The notes: generated by a model not told the origin, from the sequence alone. A stretch of 64,000 nt of DNA from Eledone cirrhosa (GCA_964016885.1 OZ024741.1:238266001-238330000), one strand, 5' to 3'; counted from the first letter of the stretch, positions 38,491 to 53,353 are shown. Numbers and translations are program-made.

Positions 38491-38949
38491 GCCGATTATA
38501 TTACGAATTCTGTTGAGTAGTCTTAAATTCTTCAATATTAAAAATATATAGTGATTTGAAGTTATGTAATATTAGATAGAGAAGTATTTCAATGAAAAAC
38601 AAATTATTTGAAATAAGTATATTTGAAAAGCTGGTCTTAATTATGCTTGTTTGTCCTTGCCAGCCATTATTGTTTCTAGAAGAGAGAAAATTGTAATCTA
38701 TAGAAATACTATTTTGAAAGTTTAACCCCCCCCCCCTCCTTTAACCAGCCATCGCTGTCTCTGCATGTAACAGATCGTTTGACCATTGTCTAATCAAGGC
38801 AATAAAACATACATCTGTACAATACAAGCCACCTTTGAAGCAAATGAGTTTCACTTCTGCAACTATCTAAAACAGCTAAGTGTGACTGGAACCTTCCTCC
38901 TTGGAGATTTTCAAAAAATTTCAAGTAGTTTACCTGTAGTTGTTCCGCA

Positions 38950-39700
38950 GCTATAAGAGCAAAGGACATGACTACAAATGAAGTCATCCACTACCACAAT
39001 GCCTGTCGTACCCCCCCCCCCCCCCAAAAAAAAAAACTGGTCTACTTTTCCAACCTACCAAATTCTGGCAGAGCTATTTGGTCTCTTGCCAAGATCTCTA
39101 CCAACTAGGCAGAAATCTCCTACAATGACTCCTCAACAACTAGCTCACCCATAGAACAGTTTCCACATTTAACAAAACCATCCCCAGTGCAGGCAGATTC
39201 TTGATTATTTGAAAATCTTAGGCAGTAATCTTTCATTACAAATAGGGTAACAAACGAGTTAAAAGGTAGTAAAGAAAGCATTATCACCAGTAGATCTTTC
39301 TTTTCAATGACCACAATTACAGCTTCTGCAAAACCATATCCTCCTATATCACTAACCAATGCTGTTTCTCGCTTGAGATTGAAATTAAAACATTTCACTA
39401 TTTCTGTCTCAGTGCTTGGATTGGAAACTTCCTCTCAGACTGTATCATTTTTAGTATATCCACGTTACTCTCTGTGGCCCACATATTAACTTTGGGGTAC
39501 GTCATTGATTGAATACATAACTAAACTAGCACAAAATACACACGGAATCAATAAACATGGATCTTGGTATCTTTCGATAGGATTAACTTCACACTTCCTA
39601 GTCGGTAAACCAACCTGAGGGAGCTATTCTGTTGACAACGAGGGGAAGCTTCTTCATGCTCTTCTCATTCTATTTTATTACCTGCTTTTTTTTTTTATTG
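38950..39700 (+). mobile_element. Highly decayed LINE fragment (tentative)
   Basis: YPPISLT (compare YRPISL) and IWSLAK traces only. Confidence 0.3.
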
Positions 39701-41126
39701 TTTATTAATTCCACCCTTTTTCTTTTCTTAAATTACTGTAACTGATGTCGCTAAACTGGAAAGATCTCTTTTAAGGAGACCACATAGATATGACAATAGT
39801 TTGGGAATCATTGATTTCACGGTTAAAAAAAAATTCAAATATCTCACCAAATTCACGATGCATGCTTGAATAAGAGAATTTACATACATACACATATAAT
39901 TCGGGTTCCACACACACGTTAGTTAAGATTGATTCCCTCATCGGCTGGTGTGTGTAGGTATCAAAATAACTTTGGTAAATTCTCGCATCCACATGCACAA
40001 TAAATCAGGTAGGTCTAACAAGATGTTTTGATTTTCTTATTTCAAACCGTTAGATCAACAGTACACACACATACAAATTGACCAACTATTGACGAGTGTG
40101 CCAGGAATAAATATATGTTTGCAGTGTTTATGTTTAGTTTGGAATGAGTTGTACAAAAGGAACATTGTCTTCAAAAATAGTTGATTGTATTTTAAATTTT
40201 AAAATAGGCACAATGCCTAAAATCGTAGAGGCGGCGACCTCTAATCGATTAAGATTAACTCCAGTTTCTGACTGGTGGTTATATTAACTTATACCAAACA
40301 TGCTTTAAATTTAGTTTAAAGTTGCTCACCTTATATAACAAGTAAACAGCCATAGTTCGGTGAAACTCGTGGTGGTCTGATTCGGCAAAATTTCTATTGT
40401 AAGTTCGAATGTCGCGGGGACAAAGGGATGTTTATGGACTAGTCCTTTGTATGGAAGAGAAATTATTTTATTTTTTTTCTCAGCAGGATCAGTTTCTACG
40501 CACTAGTAGCCGCTTCTCTTCGCGGTTTGCGAACTTAAACAAAAACACGAACTTCGTTATTGTTCAGGTGAGCGAAATGTTACGTCCCTTGCAACAATTT
40601 GCCGCCAGTAAAGCGGTGTACACACATGTTCGCATACAGTCACACGTACATACAAACACATAAACATACACAAAATCAATCACATAATTGACACACACAT
40701 TACAAACAGTCAATTTTAGAATGATAAAATATCGTCAATAAAAATTCGTTTAATTTGTTGCCTCACGTTTGAAATGTTTATACATTAACTTAAGAATAAT
40801 TATTTTAAAATGTTCACAATATGAATATTTTGTCTCTTATCATCTTCATTGTTATTTACTTTGGATCTTTACGTGTGATGATACTTGATAATGGCTTTAA
40901 AGAATACTACTTATTATTGGTCAATTGGATCGATAAAATAAAATAGTCTGATGTTGACGATCGATTTATCCGTTCCAAGTAGTTTGGGAGTGAAAAATAT
41001 AAAAGTGAAAACTATACAATGTTATATGTAAAAAGTCTTATTTATAATTTCGACAAAAAAAAAAGTGAAAAAGAATCAAGTACGACAAACTTTTTTTCTT
41101 TCTGTTTTTCTTGTTCTTTTTTTTAA

Positions 41127-41935
41127 ATAATGAAAATTATGTACAGTGCTCAGGTGCACTACAACTCATCAAAAGTGCATGTATAGTACATAGAATAATG
41201 TACAAAAGTCAGGAGAGTGGACAGTGTACGAGTCATGATACACACACATACACCATACACGTGTGTGTGGAGGGGGAATATCATGTCTAGTGTCAGCGAA
41301 TTTCGGTAAGCTTGGAAGTTTTGAAGGATGCAGTGTCCCAACAGCTAACAACTGATGCAGGTAGTTTGTTCCATGCTTCAGCAATTCTGGACCTGAAAAA
41401 TGTTTCCGAAAGTCATGGGAGCTGTACTGTTTCCTGATTTTGTAAGCATGTCCACAGACATGGAATTCAAAAAGGAGCCCAGGGTTGTTTTTGAAAAGAT
41501 GGTTAATAATTTTGTGGGTGTCTACCAAGTCAGAGCTTTAATGTATCCATGCCCAGGGAGGCAAGGCATTCAGAGTATGGTAAATGCTTGATGGAGGGTA
41601 TTTATTTGGTTATTTCTGAAATTTCCAGGAGATCAATATTCTGTGCAAGATAGGGGTTCCAGACTGGTGATGCATATTCTAAGTGTGGAAGTACCATAGC
41701 TATATACAGCTTTAAATAGATAGCTGGAAAACAGCTGACAAAAGTCTTACTGAATGATGCTAAGACACCCTCAGCCTTCTTGACAATTTTAGAAAGTTAA
41801 TGTTGACAATAATGCCCAGGTCATGTTCACAAGAAGACTTCTTGATTGTTGTGGGGGGAGTATGTGAAAGCTGGATTGTTCCTCCCAAAATGCATGGTGG
41901 TACACTTGTCAACAGCCAGTCCATAATCCATTGCT
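41127..41935 (-). mobile_element. Degenerate CR1-clade LINE 3' part
   Basis: Homologous to 7983-9003 with multiple small deletions. Confidence 0.85.
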
Positions 41936-43774
41936 GCTCTTTTTCTCTCCTTTTTCTTTTTCTTCTTGTTCTTCTACATCATCTTGTTCTTGTTCTTATA
42001 GGATCCTGCCAGAAACAACCATCTCCAACTAATCTGGGTGGAACCGTAAGCAAGACTAATTAAGCTTGCTGGTGGTTTACCTCTGGGATTCCTATCTTTG
42101 GCCATAAATTTGTACAGCAAATCTGTTTTAAAATATTTAGCATTGGAGCTGTGCTCTCTTGATGAGAGAAAGCAGTGGCTCTACCTGGAGCAATTCACTG
42201 ATCTCTGATCTACAAAACTTTTCGAGTAATGTTACACCAAAGAAACTTTGGAGGAACCCCATTTTGGTTGCTTGTATTCATGATTGTATTTTTTGGTCAT
42301 TGCCCAAGATTGATGACCATAAGAAAGAGTAAGCACAAACCCTGAATTGAAGATATCAAGTTTGTTTTTTATGTCTTCCTCCCTCCTGATGACTAAGTGC
42401 TGAATCTAACACATTATTGCACCAGCTCCAGCAAGTCTTGTATTTAATTTAGCCACCTGGATAAGGTTTATAATGGCATACCTTGGATAAGAATTGATGT
42501 GTTGCATCTTGCTCATGCGTGATATACTAGGCAAAATTATTTCCTGAATTAAAAAAAGTGTGGAATAACTACTTCAAATGTTGAAAGACCCTATCAGCAT
42601 ATTAACTATAGATTAACTCCATGGTGATATACATTGTGACATTACTGTTACATGCAATCATCTGGAGCTTGATGTATGTTTATTCACATGATGTCTACGA
42701 CTTGGTGCATAGATGTCCTAAATGTATGAAGATAAAGAATTTTAAAGATAACTGGTCAAATTTGCAGATCAAGGAGTTATATCACTGAACTCTTAGACAT
42801 ATATATCATGCCCATTGTCCTAGCAGATTCTTTTTCAGGGTGGCCAGAAATTATCCGTGTTCCTGATAGGAACTCAATTAGAAATCTGGTGTTATGATTA
42901 ATTATTTCTTGGAATAGTATACACATGATCTTAGTGTCAGACAATGCCCTCGAATTTTGTGAGTTTCTACTTGCCATCAGAAAGTTGGCAGCATTCCTTA
43001 CAAAACATTTCACCCGCAATGAAACAGAGTTTCAAATTGAAAGATTCAAACAATTAAAATAAAATGAAAAGCATTCTTTCTCTCTGGAAAAAAAATTAAG
43101 TCGTTTTTATTCAGACTATTGATCAGTTATCGTACAATTTCTCATGCTAACATGTTATTAGAAAGTTCTCTGTTGATGAGGTGTCATATCCATGCTGCTT
43201 GACCATATTCTATTGTATAGATTAGATAATATTTCAATGCTAGAAATGACAAATTTTGAAATGACTGGTGAAAAAAGTGTTGTCATTACAAGTGTTGTGA
43301 ATTGACACTTTGGTTCAAATCAGACCTAAACTTGAAACAAGTGTGATTGATGGCGATAGTGACATGGAACGACCTGTTCACACCCCTATGTATATATGTG
43401 TGTGTGTGTACATCCAAAACTACATTATCCACTCCCCAAACAATAAAATTGCAGGATATTTTGCTACTGTTTCCGGATAGCAGTTTTTTAGTTCCAAGTC
43501 AACTCTGAGTGAAACCTATAATCAAAGCATTCCAGCTATACTCATTCTCTCTAATTGCCCCACCACAGTAGTCTATTTAGGACCACATTATCAAAAGTAT
43601 CCTCTTTTTAAAGGTGTGATTTGAAGGAAATTTGGCACATAGAAGTCCTTTCATTAGCACGATGTCCGTGTTGTAGATTTTATTTCTAATATAGGCATGA
43701 TACCTGAGATTTTTCAGATGAAAAAGTTTGTAAAGAGATATAGAGTTATTCCCCTTATAAGTTGTAAATATATA

Positions 43775-43867
43775 TAATAAAAAGGACGGTGTTAGATCTT
43801 CCTTACATTTATTGAGGTCACACCTCAATAAATGTAATGAAGATCTAACACCTTATCCTTTTTATTA
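43775..43867. repeat. Near-perfect palindrome (~45-bp stem, 3-nt loop)
   Basis: ggtgttagatcttccttacatttattgaggt-cac-acctcaataaatgtaatgaagatctaacacc. Confidence 0.9.
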
Positions 43868-44099
43868 TTAGTATTACACTCTGCTTAGAACACCAATATA
43901 CCTCCTGGAAATTACGCAGTGAGTGCTCACTTTGGTGAACCTACAGTAACTGGACATTACAATCCCTAAACTATATGTATATATATATATATATATAAGA
44001 AATATTATATGCATATACATATATATATAAGAGAGAGAGAGACTCAAATAAGGAATAATACTAGTGTCCGAAAGTTAACTCTTTTCCTACTATTTCAAG

Positions 44100-45620
44100 T
44101 GTTAGAATTATAGCACAGATGATTAGGGACAGTTAATCTGGATGAAATGCAATTTGGATTTGTGCCAGGTAAAAGTACTACAGGTGCTCTCTACCATGTG
44201 AGGCAACTGCAAGAGAAGTACCAAGCTAAAAGTAAATCCCTCTACTTGGCTTTTGTTGACCTGGAGAAAGTTTTTGACACAATCCCACGTTCCATTATCT
44301 CATGGACTCTTAGAAAACTAGTAGATGAGTAGCTTGTAAAGGCAGTAAAAGCCATGTATAAAGAAACTGTTAGCAAGGTTAGAATAAACAATGACTATAG
44401 TGAAGAATTTAGCATGCAGGTGGGTGTCTATCAAGGATCTGTCCTTTGTCCTCTGCTGTTTATTATTGTCCTACAGGCTATAACAGAAGAGTTTAAAACT
44501 GGCTGCCCATGGGAACTCCTGTATGCAGATGAGCTAACTCTTATAGCTGAAATTATGGCAGAATTAGAGAAGAAATTCCAAACCTGGAAGCATGGCCTAG
44601 ATTTAAAAGGCCTTAAAGTTACCTTGTCAAAGACTGAAGTCCTAGTATATAGAAAGGAAAACAGGGCCCAGATTCCCTTGGGGAAATGGTCTTACTCAGT
44701 GTGCAGGAAAGGAGTAGGTAGAAATTCCATTCTATGTTTCAACTGCAAGCTATGGGTACATGAGATGTAGTGGGATAAGAAATGGGCTCTCAAAAAACAT
44801 AGGTTTTATATGTGGCCAATGTGCAGTAAGTAGCACAAGTTCACAGGATATTAGCTCCTTCAGATGCCCAGAGGCCTCTGTAGAAATAGTTGAGTTTCTG
44901 TTACTTGGGTGACCAAATCAGCAGTGAAGGAGGGTGTTCTGAAAATACAGTAGCCAGAATAAGAATGGGATGGAGAAATTTCAGGGAGCTACTACTGCTG
45001 CTAGCTATAAAAGATTTTCCCCTCAAAATGAAGGGCTGATTGTATGATGCATGTATACAACAGCAATGTTTCATAGTAGTAAGACCTGGGACACTGTTTT
45101 CAGAGGACCTGCGAAAATTGGAAAGATATGAAGTTTGCATGTTCCAGTGGATGTGTAATAGTAATATACATGAACAGCAAAGTGTAAATAGACTGAGAGA
45201 GAAACTGGGCATAAGGGGGAGCAGATACAGTGTGAAAGAGAGGAGATTGCATTGGTATTGCCATGTGAAGCATATGAACAAATGACAGCTGTATAAAAAA
45301 GTGCAGGGCGATCAAAGTTGATGGAAGCTATGGAGAAGGAAGATCTGGGATGAGGTGATAAAAGCTGACCTTGCATAATTGCACCTCTCAAAGGTAAATG
45401 ACACAGGATTGAGATCTTTGGCATCATGCAGTAATACAGAAGACCCACCTTCTTATGTGCATGAGTTGAAGCATACATTTAGTATACACTACTTCACCCT
45501 TTCCATACACCTCCCACATCCTAACACATCATCCTTCACCCACGCTTTTACCTCACCCAGTCCACACTGTAAATGAGGTTGGCTTTAGGAAAGGCATCTA
45601 GCCATAGAAACCAAGCCAGA
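44100..45620 (+). mobile_element. Degenerate 5'-truncated RTE LINE
   Basis: QFGFVPGKSTT, AFVDLEK, QGSVL, LLYADE; in-frame stops. Confidence 0.9.
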
Positions 45621-45714
45621 AACAGCTCTTTAATATCAGTATAAAAACTTTAAATTGTTGTTTCATTCCTCACTTACTAATTATTTCTTTCTCTATCAAA
45701 TAGGTAGTGTGTGT

Positions 45715-46120
45715 GCAATTTACAATGTTCATTCCACAATGGGTTCCATCCAATTGCATGGCAATGGTCTTTTGATGTAGCTAATTGGGGTGGGGGAAAA
45801 CTCAAGGCTGCCTTGGGCAGAACACACTCTAACTACACTACTGCTGGGGGTGACTTCAATGTAATGATTAGCAGGCAGTTCAATTTTGCTGCTGTTTTGA
45901 GCATATGCTTGAAATCCCTTCTTCAAATTAAATGGGATGGGAGTTAGAGGTTGATGACTCCAGGGATCTTCAAATTGATTGGTACAGCAATCCATCAGCT
46001 CATGGTGACATTTTGGAACTCACCAACTGTAGCTACAAGAAAGACATTTGCATTACCAAATTGGATTCATACCTGCAATTATCTCCACAAGCATCATATT
46101 GTAGGGAAATTGGAATATGA
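45715..46120 (+). mobile_element. Decayed Academ-like DNA transposon, C-terminal (XPG-like / Cys-rich) fragment
   Basis: GFH...GGGKLKA and IPSSN*MGWELEV...LQIDW...PSAHGDILELTNCSYKK across frames; possible N-terminal traces at 42700-43380 (YHAHC; IDG..HGTT). Confidence 0.4.
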
Positions 46121-49100
46121 TGTACCAAACTATGTAGCTGCTCAGGTTGTCAGAACAAATGAAACTGCCATATATAACAATGAAGAATCAGATTCTTATG
46201 ATGAAATTTGAAAACCATACAGTTTTAAAGAGTTTTATAGTATTTAAATTCAATGCCTATAATAAGCTCACAAAGAATACTATATACCTAAAAAGACACA
46301 ACTTATTCCTGTCAGTCATTCTGAAACTACAACTTAGACTTCGATGTGTAATGAAACATTACATTAGCCAAGTTGCATGAAACTATGGCCAATTTCATAT
46401 TGTATGCATTAGCATATCAATATTCATTAATTCTGGTGCAAATGATCATTACCAATGGGAGTGTTGTTAGCTTACTTTCTCTTAATTAGCCATAGAGCTT
46501 GATAGCAGTTCACTGACTGTCTGTTATGTCTATCATCTCTTACTCACTTTTAATTCTTTGCTCACATCATTAGTCTATTTGTCTCTTTCATACAATACAC
46601 ACACACATTCCGTAGTTTACAATTTTGCTTAATCAATTTGTCATGATTTTCTTATTGTTAAACTTGTGATTTCCTGAGATTTGAATGTAGTTTCAAATCC
46701 AATATTTAGACAAATTTATGTTAGACAAGCAGATGCATTCATTTTCTTGTTTCATTATTGTCAGCATTTTCATAAACAATCTAAATACTGGGTATGAAGC
46801 ATCTTGAATCTTTCATAATTACAATCTCACACTTCCTCACATTGTTTTGAACATCATTAACATGCTTTAGATATGTGGCGACCAACCAACGATGACCTCA
46901 AATATGATACACCAAAAATAAAATTCAATAACAAACAGCTAGAAGAAATAATGGAGAAAATATACCAAAGAAAAACAGAATAATGGCAACAGAAAACACA
47001 AATCGAACAGTAAAATTCAATATAGAGTAATTAGCACTATTAACTGGGATTTAGGAACTATGCGTATGCAGCATCCAGAATGTGGGAAAGAGTGAATACT
47101 GTGCTAAATGTGAGGGTTTCTTCATCTGTAGCCAAATGGAATAAAATTCCAAAACTATTTTTCTCAGTCTGTGACATTCAAGATGTTTGGGGGAGCTGGA
47201 CCGCTGACAACAAAATTCTTATTGTTGGCAAGTCGTCTTACTCATGTATGTCCGTGAGGATGCTTGGTAATTTGGTGCCTTAGCCTTGCTGCAATTGTGT
47301 TGGCTTGCCTAAAAAATTATGGGAGGTAAGTTCGCCCCCTTTGTTGTGATATGTGGAGTGTGCAGGTCTCCCCACATCCATTTTTGTTGAGATCAAGGAG
47401 GTATACATAGAATAAACTACTATCCCCCTGCATACCTCAACCCCTTATTTCCACCACTGATCACACCTTGTGTCAATACCACCAGAATCTGGAATAGATT
47501 CAACAGTAAAGTGCAATATGTCCATGCTGCCATACTACATTCCAAGTGATTCATCAGTGCATGTCAGTATGCAGTATGTTCCTCAGCAATATGGAGACAG
47601 TGGATCTCTGGACTGTGCTGCGTCATTTGGCACCTGCCTTATTTCCATAAAACTGATCTATCATGCTTGATTAAATTGTTGTTTAGCACCAAGGCAACCC
47701 TAATTGAACACACCTATAACCAAAACGAAACTTTGGGGTGACTTTTTCATGTTAATTTGCTCTTTAAGCTTTGCTGCTGGAGATAGAACTTTGTGGAGAA
47801 AAATATCGTGTTGATGCGCAGTCTGCAACTGGCGGAATTTAGCGTCAAAGTAGTATAACCAAAAGCATTCCAGCCGTGACCGTTTCATCTTATTTGTAAT
47901 TTAGGTCCTACATTATCTAATATCTTTTAAGACGGTGACGTGTGATTGGGCAACTACTTCTAGCAGGTCGAGCAACCACGTATATGCTCCTTGTACGTTG
48001 GTAATGCAAATGAACAGAGCTGGGGGAGAAGGTGGCTTATTAAATGCTATACATTTGGTTTGTACAAACAATAAAATATGCCCATTGAAGTCGATAGAGC
48101 GCCATTGTAAATATCAACGGTTTTTTTGTACTAACTTTATCTCGGCTCAGCTGAATTTTTCAATTAATATTAACAATGGTTGATTGAGTACGATATTAAT
48201 AGAACGAAAAGTTGACATCATTATTTTGTGCAATTTATAGGTACAAACAAGCACTTAACTTGTCTTTTTAACAATGAAACTCAATTTATAAAAAGCGCCC
48301 GCTTGGCTTATTCAACTAATTGGGGCGGAGACGCTCCTCTTCGTTATAGCTCACTTCAACTGGAGAAAGGGGCGAGGAAGGAGAGTATTGAAAAAACGAT
48401 TTGCATGTAGTTACAAAAGCAGAAAAGGTGGTGGTTAAATTTAGTTTCGCTGGTAAATTTTTAATATTACACCGGTCTCCGAGATAGTCTCTGTGAAGTT
48501 ATCGGTTGGGTAAATAACAGAAAACGAGTAATTCACGGCGGTTTTAAAGGCTGAATTCATTCAAAATACATCAATATTCAGAGGAAAACCATAAATTTCC
48601 CTTTAAAAATTCTAACCAAGCCTATTAACTAATTACCGCTAAAGCTAACATAGAAAAAATTGACTATTATAAAAATGTTATCAATTCGCTGTTGAAACTG
48701 GTCAGCAATATATTCTTAAGCAGCGACGTGTGAAGCTACATATCTGGGTGCTTAATCATCACGCGACATTGATTTGTTTTTGTTTTTGTTTTTGAGACAG
48801 CAGAATCCCAGGGAAGTAGAGCTGGTCTGAGAACAAATATTGATTTTTTTTTTCTTTTCTTTTTTTTTTTAAATATTAGGCCAAAAATTAGTAGGGTATA
48901 ATTTGGTGAATTGATCTGAAGTTAATATCTGGTACCTATTTCATCGACTTTACAAATAAAGAGAAAAGTTAAAATATAGAATAGTGGATAGAAAATTAAA
49001 CTTAAGAAGCCATTAAATGTCCGGGCTTTTCATACGGATGTAAATAAGTGCATATTCGAGAACATACATTTTCATTCTTTTATATACAATATTTCGTATA

Positions 49101-50398
49101 CAAAGCTACATTTTGATGTGGCTTTAAAAACATACGATTCAAGTTGACTTTTCTCTACTTTAGGAAGAATTTATGGCACCTCCATTTCTCTGCGGCATAA
49201 ATTCAATTCAAACCCATTGTGTGGATGTTGTTCCATTATATAGGCCTGATTTTAGAAACTCACTCTGCTATACCATTGTGCACTCAATTAGCATGAATAC
49301 ATCAGTGCTTTCCAACGCTTTGATGGCGACATGCACATATATATATATAAATAATGTGTGTGTAGGTAGAGTAATTGAAAGTGAAAAAAATTAACTCATA
49401 TTTAAACAAGGTGCGTTGAAGCTCAATGTGTTAATAAGGTCAAATCACGCATGAATCAAAACCCATGGGGTATGATACTGGTAGTTGAAGACGATGGAAA
49501 TCACAGAGCATAAATATTCAATTCAGAAAGAATAACCAAAGTCGTTAGTCAGTTAAAATCATTTATTTCTACAATGACTTTGGTTATTACTTATGTAGCG
49601 CTTTTCTTCCATCTATGAACATAAATAAATTATATATATATATAGTGGTAAAAAAACCGAGTTGAAAATCCGCTTGGTGAAACGCGCATCCTCGAATATG
49701 GTTTGCTAATTGCTTGATTACAGGGCGGTGTAAAGTGAAACTAAATTGTTGGTATCTTCTGACAAATCGTGTTTTTAAATAAAATTGTTCATTTATTTGC
49801 TTCATCAATTGAAATATTCGTCTGTTTATACATCGTTGGCATTTAAATGTATTTCTTTTCCGTTGGCTCCTCTTATACAAGTTTAAAAAAAAAAATTATA
49901 AAATACTGGCGTATTAATTATGCAATATTAAAATCATGAAAATAGTTTTAAAATATGTATACTCTTTTCAAACTTCACCGCATCAAATTTAGATAAGTGA
50001 TTATCTCTTCTTTGACCAGTCTATGTATTATCTTTTATTTCTAATAGTAATTTTGGTATACCATACTTTCTGTTAATGACGAATCGAATTGATATCTGAA
50101 CAAAACCATTATCATTTATTTATTGGTTTGTTAAGAAAAGTAATTCTGAACAATACATTAGAAGTGCTTACCTTATTTCATCAATCTATTAGTGTTGTTA
50201 ATGTTCTTTGTGACAGCAGCACACCTTAATATAGTAATTTCAGTGTAACTAATGATAGAGTAATCAAGCGTGGTTATTAAACTAACTGTGACACTTGCTG
50301 TTTTTCAGTTTCACGTAAAATTTTGTATCTGAATTCTTTCCTACTTATGTGAAGACACACACATACTGTATATATGTGAGAGATCTAGTACTTATGTT

Positions 50399-50590
50399 AT
50401 AATAATTGTTTCTACTTTTGGCACAAGGCCAGTAATTATCCAGTGTATTACTGGTACTTTTTTTTTTATCGACCACATAAGGATGAAAGGCAAAGTTAAC
50501 CTCGGCGGGATTTGAACTCAGAATGGCAAGGGCCGTAACTCTGTGGTGTCAAAGCATGGCGTCCGACCCTCTACCAATACTGCCAATCCA
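50399..50590 (-). mobile_element. tRNA-derived SINE
   Basis: Same family as 29048-29250. Confidence 0.88.
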
Positions 50591-50595
50591 AATGT

Positions 50596-52030
50596 TTAAT
50601 AATAATAATAATAATGAAATTGTGTACAGTGCTCAGGTGCACTACAACTTCTCAAAGGTGCATGTATAGTACATAGAATAATATACAAATGTCAGGGAAG
50701 AGAATAGTGTATGAGTCATGATATACATGTATGGAGGGGGAATATTAGGTGTAGTGTTGGCGAATCTCAGGAAGCATGGAGGTTTTAAAGGATGCAGTGT
50801 CTTGGCAGCTAATAACTGATGCAGGTAGTTTGTTCCATGCTTCAGAAACTCTGAGCGTGAAAAAATGTTTCAGAAAGTCATGGGAGCTTTGTGGGCATGC
50901 CCACGTGTGTTAATTAAAAAGGTACTCAGGGTTGTTGTTGGCAAGATGGTTAGTAATTTTGTGGGTGTTTGCCAAGTCAGTTGCCAGACGTCGGAGCTTC
51001 AATGTATCCATGCCCAGGGAAGCAAGGCGTTCAGAGTATGGTAGATGCCTGATGGAGGGTATTTGCTAGGTTGCACGTCTCTGAACAGTTTCCAGGCGGT
51101 CAATGTTCTGAGCAAGATAGAGGTTCCAGACTGATGATGCAAATTCTAAGTGTGGCCGCACCATAGCTATATACTGCTTTAAATAGATAGCTGGAGAGTG
51201 GCTGACAAAGGTCTTGTTGAGTGATGCTAAGACACCCTCGGCCTTCTTGACAATTTTAGAGACGTGCTTCGTCCAACGCAAATCGCTGCTGACCGTAATG
51301 CCCAGGTCACGTTCACAAGAAGACTTCTTGATATAAGTGTTGTGGAGGGAGTATGTGGACGCTTGGGTTTTACTCTCAAAATGCATGGTGGTACACTTGT
51401 CCACAGCTAGTTTGAGTTGCCAGTCTGTGATCCATTGTTGCATTGTGTCCAGGTTAGATTGCAGGCAAGATCTATAGTGTTCAGGATCTGTCCTTTTTAT
51501 CTCAAGGTACAGCTTGATGTCATCTGCATATTTCAGTACTGTGGCATTCTTGAAGTTGGCATCTATGTCATTAATATATGCCACAAACAAAAGGGAGCCA
51601 AGAACAGATCCCTGTGGTACACCAGATGACATCTCATATGATGAGGAATGCAGTCCTAGAATCGTGACTACCTCTCTTCAACTGAGAATGAAGGACTTCA
51701 ACCAGTTAAAAAGATCATCCTTCACAACCATTGCAGAGAGTTTTCCCATAAATCTTTTGTGTGGCACAGAATTGAAAGCTTTAGCAAAGTCAAGGTAAAC
51801 AACATTCACCCATGAGCCGCCATCAGTGATCCGGGTGATGTCTTCAAGAAACTCGATAAGTTGATCACAGCAGCTGGAGTTAGAGATAAATCAAAATTGC
51901 AAGGGCTGGATAAGACTGTGAGAGTGCCAGAGTGTTTCTCTGACACAGGATTTTCATCAGTTTGGCAATGCAACTAGGTGATGTGCGGTCACCCTTTTTG
52001 AACAGAGGAATGACACTGGCAGTTTTCCAC
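50596..52030 (-). mobile_element. 5'-truncated CR1-clade LINE
   Basis: VYLDFAKAFNSVPH, SGVPQGSVLG, YADD, RPHLEFAS; simple-repeat tail. Confidence 0.93.
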
Positions 52031-52784
52031 TGTTCTGGAGTAGCACTGTTATATTTCTATACATATTCTTACTACTCAATTCATTAATATAGAAAAGAGT
52101 TGATTGCCTATAATATTTTCTATAATATTTTGCCTATAATTATAATATTTGCCTATAATATTTACTCAACCAATGCAGGATTTTTTTTTATAGAATCTAA
52201 AATTCAAGTTATAGTATTATAAGATTTTACTCTGAAAAATTAAATACTGACCTTAAGTAAAGCAGAAAAATATTTAAATTTAAATGATATTTAATGGAAA
52301 AACAAATATCCATTGTATTTGACATAATAAAAGAAGAGACTGATTTGAAAGATTACTTAAGAGAAATTATTTATTGATAGTGAATGAGGCAAATGTAACA
52401 AAAGTATTGGAAATAATTATCTTAATGTGCTTCTTACGTTGCTTATATAGTATGAAATGTATTGAGGAATTGTTTTATAAAAAGAAAAACTTATTTTATG
52501 AAATAAAGTTCTATGCAGTATTTGGGTATTCAAGCTTCTACATCCTGTTGTTTTCTATGTGATGCATTTAGAAATCCTATCCTAGAACGTTCAGAGTACA
52601 ATATCTCAGAGATTTCACTTTTATTTTGAGTAACATACTGCTACAATTAGATACCAGTTGGAAAAGAAAAATGTCAGCACCAAGAGAGAAATGTGGCAGT
52701 GGGTACTAGATTTTTTTCTGTCTGGGATATGTGAAAAGTGCAATATTAAGGCATTAATAGCAATATTTTTTTCTACTAGCAAAG

Positions 52785-52975
52785 GTATATGATGTAATAG
52801 TTAAACTGTTGGCCTATGATAGTTAGGTTGTGGGTTTGATTCCAAGAATGAGTGATGCATTGTGTTCCTGAGTAAGGTAATTCATTTCATATTACTCAAG
52901 TTCACTTGGCTGGAAAAATAGGTCTTGCATTAGCTGGACATTAATCATGAGATGGACTAGTGTCTCATCCAGTTG
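52785..52975 (+). mobile_element. Degenerate tRNA-headed SINE of a second family
   Basis: gtgggtttgattcc B-box remnant followed by tgtgttcctgagtaagg. Confidence 0.45.
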
Positions 52976-53353
52976 CATAAAATTAAGATCCAGAAAGACT
53001 TTAACATTTAAAAGGGAGAAAAGGATTAATTTGGAGGATAAATTATTGAAGGGATCTATTATGCAGATTAGGAGGGCAGGACAATATTCTTAATTTCTAA
53101 AATATTGTTTGATATATATATGAAAATACAAATATATCTTTAAGTAAATATGAAAGCAACATTTAGAGCAAAAGATGAGATGAATGTTCTATTAGTTAAG
53201 TTGTGTTTTTCAAGGCAGAAAGTATCTATCAATATGTACCTAGCTGTTTCAATTTTACATTGTATAAAGAACTAACGCTTCATTATTGACTGTCCTCATT
53301 ATGGAATTTCATTTTTCCTTTACAAAAAATAGGAATAAAAGTTGTTTTGTTAA

